Assembly (NCBI GenBank): GCA_965226055.1
Contig: CBDDCA010000006.1
Span: forward strand, 768,001-832,000
From: Spirochaetia bacterium
GTDB lineage: Bacteria > Spirochaetota > Spirochaetia > WTKD01 > G963693115
DNA: 64,000 nt
Direction of reading: 5' to 3'
Below the pieces are notes generated by a model. The model ran no database searches, was not told the DNA's origin, and was given only the letters and a program-made list of their open reading frames with translations. Shown here one piece after another: positions 60,216-64,000 of this stretch (the first letter of the stretch is position 1; the number at the start of each line of letters is the position of its first letter). The translations under genes and the position numbers were made by a program.

Positions 60216-61340
60216 ATGAAACGACTTATAATATCTATACTAACAGTAGGAGTGGCTTTATTTACACTGCTGAGTGCAGGAGAGGGAGAGTCAACCATTA
60301 AGATAGGGGTAGCAGGTCCTCATTCTGGAGATCTTGCGCCATATGGTTTTTCAACATTAAATGAAGTGCAACGATTAGCAGAAATGATCAATGCTGATGG
60401 TGGAATAAATGGAAAGATGATTGATGTTATTCCCGCAGATGATATTTGTGATCCTGGACAAGCAGCAAATCTTGCAAGTAAACTTGTAGATGATGGCGTA
60501 ATAGCAGTGATTGGCCATGTATGTTCAGGAGCAACAGAAAGTGCTCTTCCAACATATGTGAATGCAAATATTCCTGTTATCTCTCCGTCAGCGACAAATC
60601 CAACACTTACAAAGAGTGGCAAATATCCTGTGTTTTTTCGTACTATTGCACCAGATGATGCACAAGGGATAACGCAGGCTGATTTTCTTGTAAATGCCTT
60701 AGGAATATCTTCTGTTGCAGTGATACATGATAATCAAGATTATGGAAAAGGGCTTGCTGATAGTGCAAATGCATCCTTAGAAAGTAAAGGAGTGTCTGTG
60801 CCTGTATATGAGGGTATTACAGTTGGTGCAGGAGATTATTCTGCGGTAATATCTAAAATTGTAAGTGCTAATGTAGACGCAGTTGTATTTGGTGGATACC
60901 ACTCTGAAGGCTCTAAACTCATTAGTCAGCTCCGTGATAGAGGTTTTGAAGGAGTGTTTATTTCTGGAGACGGATTGTACAGTATGGATTTTATCAAGTT
61001 AGCAGCAGATGCTTCTGAAGGAGTATATACTACTGGGCCACAGGATGTAAGCGAATCTGATGCATATACGCAAGCAGTGAAAGCATATAAAGAAAAGTAT
61101 GGGGAAGATCCTGGTGCTTTTTTTAATGAAGGGCATTCTGCGTTTCAAGTGATATATCAAGCAATTATGAGTCTTGGTGATAAAGAAATAACTTCTGAAT
61201 CAGTACTTGAAGCTATTCGAACAGGAAGTTTTGATACACTTGTTGGCACTATCTCTTTTGATGCACGCGGTGATGCAGATGGAGTAGGCTTTAATGTATA
61301 TCAAGTCAGAAACGGAGAGTTTACTTCAGTTTCACAATAA
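60216..61340 (+). CDS. livK: Branched-chain amino acid ABC transporter substrate-binding protein
   Basis: IKIGVAGPHSG, DDICDP, VIGHVCSG, SATNPTLT, FRTIAPDDAQG, HDNQDYGKGLA, FGGYH. Confidence 0.92.
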   Translation: MKRLIISILTVGVALFTLLSAGEGESTIKIGVAGPHSGDLAPYGFSTLNEVQRLAEMINADGGINGKMIDVIPADDICDPGQAANLASKLVDDGVIAVIGHVCSGATESALPTYVNANIPVISPSATNPTLTKSGKYPVFFRTIAPDDAQGITQADFLVNALGISSVAVIHDNQDYGKGLADSANASLESKGVSVPVYEGITVGAGDYSAVISKIVSANVDAVVFGGYHSEGSKLISQLRDRGFEGVFISGDGLYSMDFIKLAADASEGVYTTGPQDVSESDAYTQAVKAYKEKYGEDPGAFFNEGHSAFQVIYQAIMSLGDKEITSESVLEAIRTGSFDTLVGTISFDARGDADGVGFNVYQVRNGEFTSVSQ

Positions 61341-61506
61341 TTGGTTCATACGATATAGCAGGATGGTCATAGCTACTTGTATAAGTCTTATATAATGTTT
61401 TTATAAGTATAGTTTGGTTATTCCAACATCAAATAAGTGGTGTATATGGTATATCGAAAAGTGTGAATGAACTGAATGGTAGTGATACTGCAAAGCACGC
61501 GTAATT

Positions 61507-62412
61507 ATGCAATATTTTATTTCTATTGTTTTTAGTGCCTTAACGAGAGGGAGTATGTATGCTCTTCTTGCGTTGGGGTACTCTATGATTTATGGTATTA
61601 TACAGCTCATTAATTTTGCTCATGGTGAGCTGTATATGATTGGTGCTTTTTCGGCTTTGATTGCAACTGTTGTGTTGACTTCTTTAGGCATGGGAGGTTT
61701 AGCACTGTTAGTATCTGTAATCATATATGGTGCAATTACGTCTATGCTCTATGCCTATACGCTTGAACGTATTGCGTATCGTCCCTTACGTAAAAGCTCT
61801 GTGCGTCTTTCATTGCTTATCAGTGCAGTGGGTATGTCAACATTTTTACAGAATTTTGTATTACTTACACAGACTGCTAATTTTTTGCCATTTCCAAAGA
61901 TATTACCCGAAAGCTGGAGTGTTCTTTCTGTAAAAGGGTATTTTAATCAAGCACAGGCAGTAATTTTAATTGTGTCTGTTGTTGTTATGGTTGTTTTAAT
62001 GTTGACTGTACGCTTTACATTGCTTGGTAAATCTATGCGTGCAGCCTCACAGGATATTGTTATGGCACAGCTGTTAGGGATAAATGTAAACAAAGTGATA
62101 GTTATTACCTTTCTTATCGGTGGAGGGATTGCAGCAGTTGGTGGAGTGCTTATAGGACAATATGTAGGACAAATTCAGTTTTATATGGGATTTCTTGTTG
62201 GAATTAAAGCGTTTGTTGCTGCAGTATTAGGAGGCATAGGGAGTATTCCCGGTGCATTGCTAGGAAGTTATATGCTTGGCTTTGTTGAAAGTATGGGAGC
62301 AGGATATTTATCAAGCTCGTATGAAGATGTATATGCCTTTTTGTTTTTAGTAATATTTTTAATATTTAAGCCAAATGGTATACTAGGAAAATCTACAAAA
62401 GAAAAAGTATAG
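61507..62412 (+). CDS. livH: Branched-chain amino acid ABC transporter permease
   Basis: GSMYALLALGYSMIYGII.LINFAHGE, KAFVAAVLGGIGS. Confidence 0.94.
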   Translation: MQYFISIVFSALTRGSMYALLALGYSMIYGIIQLINFAHGELYMIGAFSALIATVVLTSLGMGGLALLVSVIIYGAITSMLYAYTLERIAYRPLRKSSVRLSLLISAVGMSTFLQNFVLLTQTANFLPFPKILPESWSVLSVKGYFNQAQAVILIVSVVVMVVLMLTVRFTLLGKSMRAASQDIVMAQLLGINVNKVIVITFLIGGGIAAVGGVLIGQYVGQIQFYMGFLVGIKAFVAAVLGGIGSIPGALLGSYMLGFVESMGAGYLSSSYEDVYAFLFLVIFLIFKPNGILGKSTKEKV

Positions 62413-62424
62413 CGAGAGATTACA

Positions 62425-63741
62425 ATGGCAGATACGCGTATAAATAAAACATTATCGCACTCATCTCAAAGTGAAGAAATTAAAAATAGCACTACGCATT
62501 CAGATACAGCATTAAAAGGTACGCAACAAAGTACAAAAAAGAAGAGTACTTCATGGCTTGTTTCTTTTCGATCAGTAATAATTAACGCTCTCTTATTGCT
62601 TGTTCCTAGTGCAACTTTTATTCTTGTAAAAGTAAATACCATAGATAAAACTATGGAATGGTATCCTCTCAATATAGTAAGGTTTTTTATACTGTATGTT
62701 ATCATTTTGAGTATATTTACATTTAAGCCACATATTCGCCTTATTCATCATCCTGCTATTCAAAAGATGCTTCAGAAAACACAAGGAAATGTTGCTCGAT
62801 TGAGAAAAAACAAAGTACTTCTTGTGTTATTATTGTTTTTTATTATTGTATTTCCTTTTATTGTTTCTCGGTATCAGACAAAAGTGATCATCTATGCAAT
62901 TTCATACTTTATATTTGCACTTGGTATTAACTATACGGTAGGATATGCAGGTATACTCAACTTAGGGCATGTCCTCCCTTTTGCTGCAGGAGCATATACA
63001 TTTGCATTGGGAGTACAATATTTTCAGCTCAATTTTTACCCTGCATTAGTATTAGCGACAGTCATAGGTGCTCTGTGTGGTATGTGCGTTGCTTTGGTTA
63101 CGTTACGACTCAATGGAGATTATTTAGGGATTGTCACCTTAGCATTGGCAGAGATATTTCGGCTCATATTGGTAAACTGGGATTCTTTTACCAGTGGTAT
63201 GAGAGGCATATCGGGACTAACACCACCGAGCATTCCGGGAATACAGCTGAATTTTGTGCAAAAATATTATTTGCTCTATTATATATGCCTTATACTCTGT
63301 GTGATAGGATATGTAATAAGTGCACGTCTTGAACGTAGTCGCTTTGGGCGTTCGTGGCAAGCAGTACGTGAAGATGAAATAGCAGCAGTCTCTATGGGAA
63401 TAAATATAAGTTTTGTGCGTCTTATGGTATTTTCAATAGGAGGTGCATACGCAGGGTTAGCAGGAATGTTGTTATCAAGCAGCAGTACCTATGTCAGTCC
63501 TCATGTATCAACTATTTTATATTCCATAACTGTGCTAAGTATAGTAATACTAGGAGGCATGGGATCTCTTAACGGGATTATTTTAGGTACTGTGATTATT
63601 ATTATTGTGCCAGAATATTTACGTGAATTTCAAACGTATAGATTGCTTCTTTTTGGTGCAATCTTAGTGATTATGATGAGGTTTAAGCCACTGGGTTTAC
63701 TTCCTCAGAAAAGAGTAATATATAAAAAGAATAATAAGTAG
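62425..63741 (+). CDS. livM: Branched-chain amino acid ABC transporter permease
   Basis: LRLNGDYLGIVTL, SRFGRSWQAVREDEIAA, ILGGMGS. Confidence 0.94.
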   Translation: MADTRINKTLSHSSQSEEIKNSTTHSDTALKGTQQSTKKKSTSWLVSFRSVIINALLLLVPSATFILVKVNTIDKTMEWYPLNIVRFFILYVIILSIFTFKPHIRLIHHPAIQKMLQKTQGNVARLRKNKVLLVLLLFFIIVFPFIVSRYQTKVIIYAISYFIFALGINYTVGYAGILNLGHVLPFAAGAYTFALGVQYFQLNFYPALVLATVIGALCGMCVALVTLRLNGDYLGIVTLALAEIFRLILVNWDSFTSGMRGISGLTPPSIPGIQLNFVQKYYLLYYICLILCVIGYVISARLERSRFGRSWQAVREDEIAAVSMGINISFVRLMVFSIGGAYAGLAGMLLSSSSTYVSPHVSTILYSITVLSIVILGGMGSLNGIILGTVIIIIVPEYLREFQTYRLLLFGAILVIMMRFKPLGLLPQKRVIYKKNNK

Positions 63742-63750
63742 GGGATAGTA

Positions 63751-64000
63751 TTGTTATACGTAGAAAATGTAACTGTACAATTTGGTGGACTCGTTGCGGT
63801 AGACTCTGTATCGCTAGAAATTCAATCTCATGAAATTATTGGCCTTATAGGACCAAATGGTGCAGGAAAAACAACGTTGTTTAATTGTATCACTGGTATT
63901 TATACCCCTACGAAAGGGGCTATATTTTTTGATGCAAACAATAAAGGAAAAAAAGAAATATCATCACTGCCTACCCATGCAATAATTCGTACGGGCATTG
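63751..64000 (+). CDS. livG: Branched-chain amino acid ABC transporter ATP-binding protein (3'-truncated by window edge)
   Basis: Manual translation from TTG 63751: LLYVENVTVQFGGLVAVD...GLIGPNGAGKTTLFNCITG (Walker A). Confidence 0.93.
   Translation, partial: MLYVENVTVQFGGLVAVDSVSLEIQSHEIIGLIGPNGAGKTTLFNCITGIYTPTKGAIFFDANNKGKKEISSLPTHAIIRTGI

Noticed and set aside
1-64000. tRNA, rRNA, CRISPR arrays, IS elements or prophage genes
   Set aside because: Intergenic regions are short and AT-rich with no cloverleaf or repeat-spacer pattern, and no ORF shows transposase, integrase or phage structural motifs.

Overview
AT-rich bacterial chromosome segment, very probably from a spirochaete. The evidence is an FlcA-like flagellar collar protein, an Msp/Tpr-like outer sheath protein, the def-fmt-PASTA cluster, a type-2 IleRS, and flgM with a sigma-28 promoter. 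Most genes are housekeeping or metabolic: rpsI, recX, asd, galK, metG, ilvE, manC, cysE, a two-component system with degP, trxB, ileS, hisH/hisF, metX, rsmI, glpK, aspS, uvrC, a GH63 plus ycjNOP-like sugar ABC locus, and livKHMG. I recognised no rRNA, tRNA, CRISPR array or transposase. Highlights: (1) two separate two-gene cassettes each pair an ImmA/IrrE-type Zn peptidase with a different putative effector, one a divergent class III nucleotide cyclase inserted between hisH and hisF, the other a HEPN-domain protein between aspS and uvrC; these are candidates for an undescribed peptidase-controlled toxin/defence module. (2) An intact aspartokinase-like ORF has lost its catalytic motifs but keeps its ACT domains. 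(3) At least 11 genes have a -10 box 5-7 nt before the start codon, suggesting widespread leaderless mRNAs. (4) The recX frame has no canonical start codon. (5) A 1679-aa FN3/DUF285 surface lipoprotein has an upstream T20 tract and a sharp internal composition junction. All family calls come from motif recognition by eye; no searches were run.
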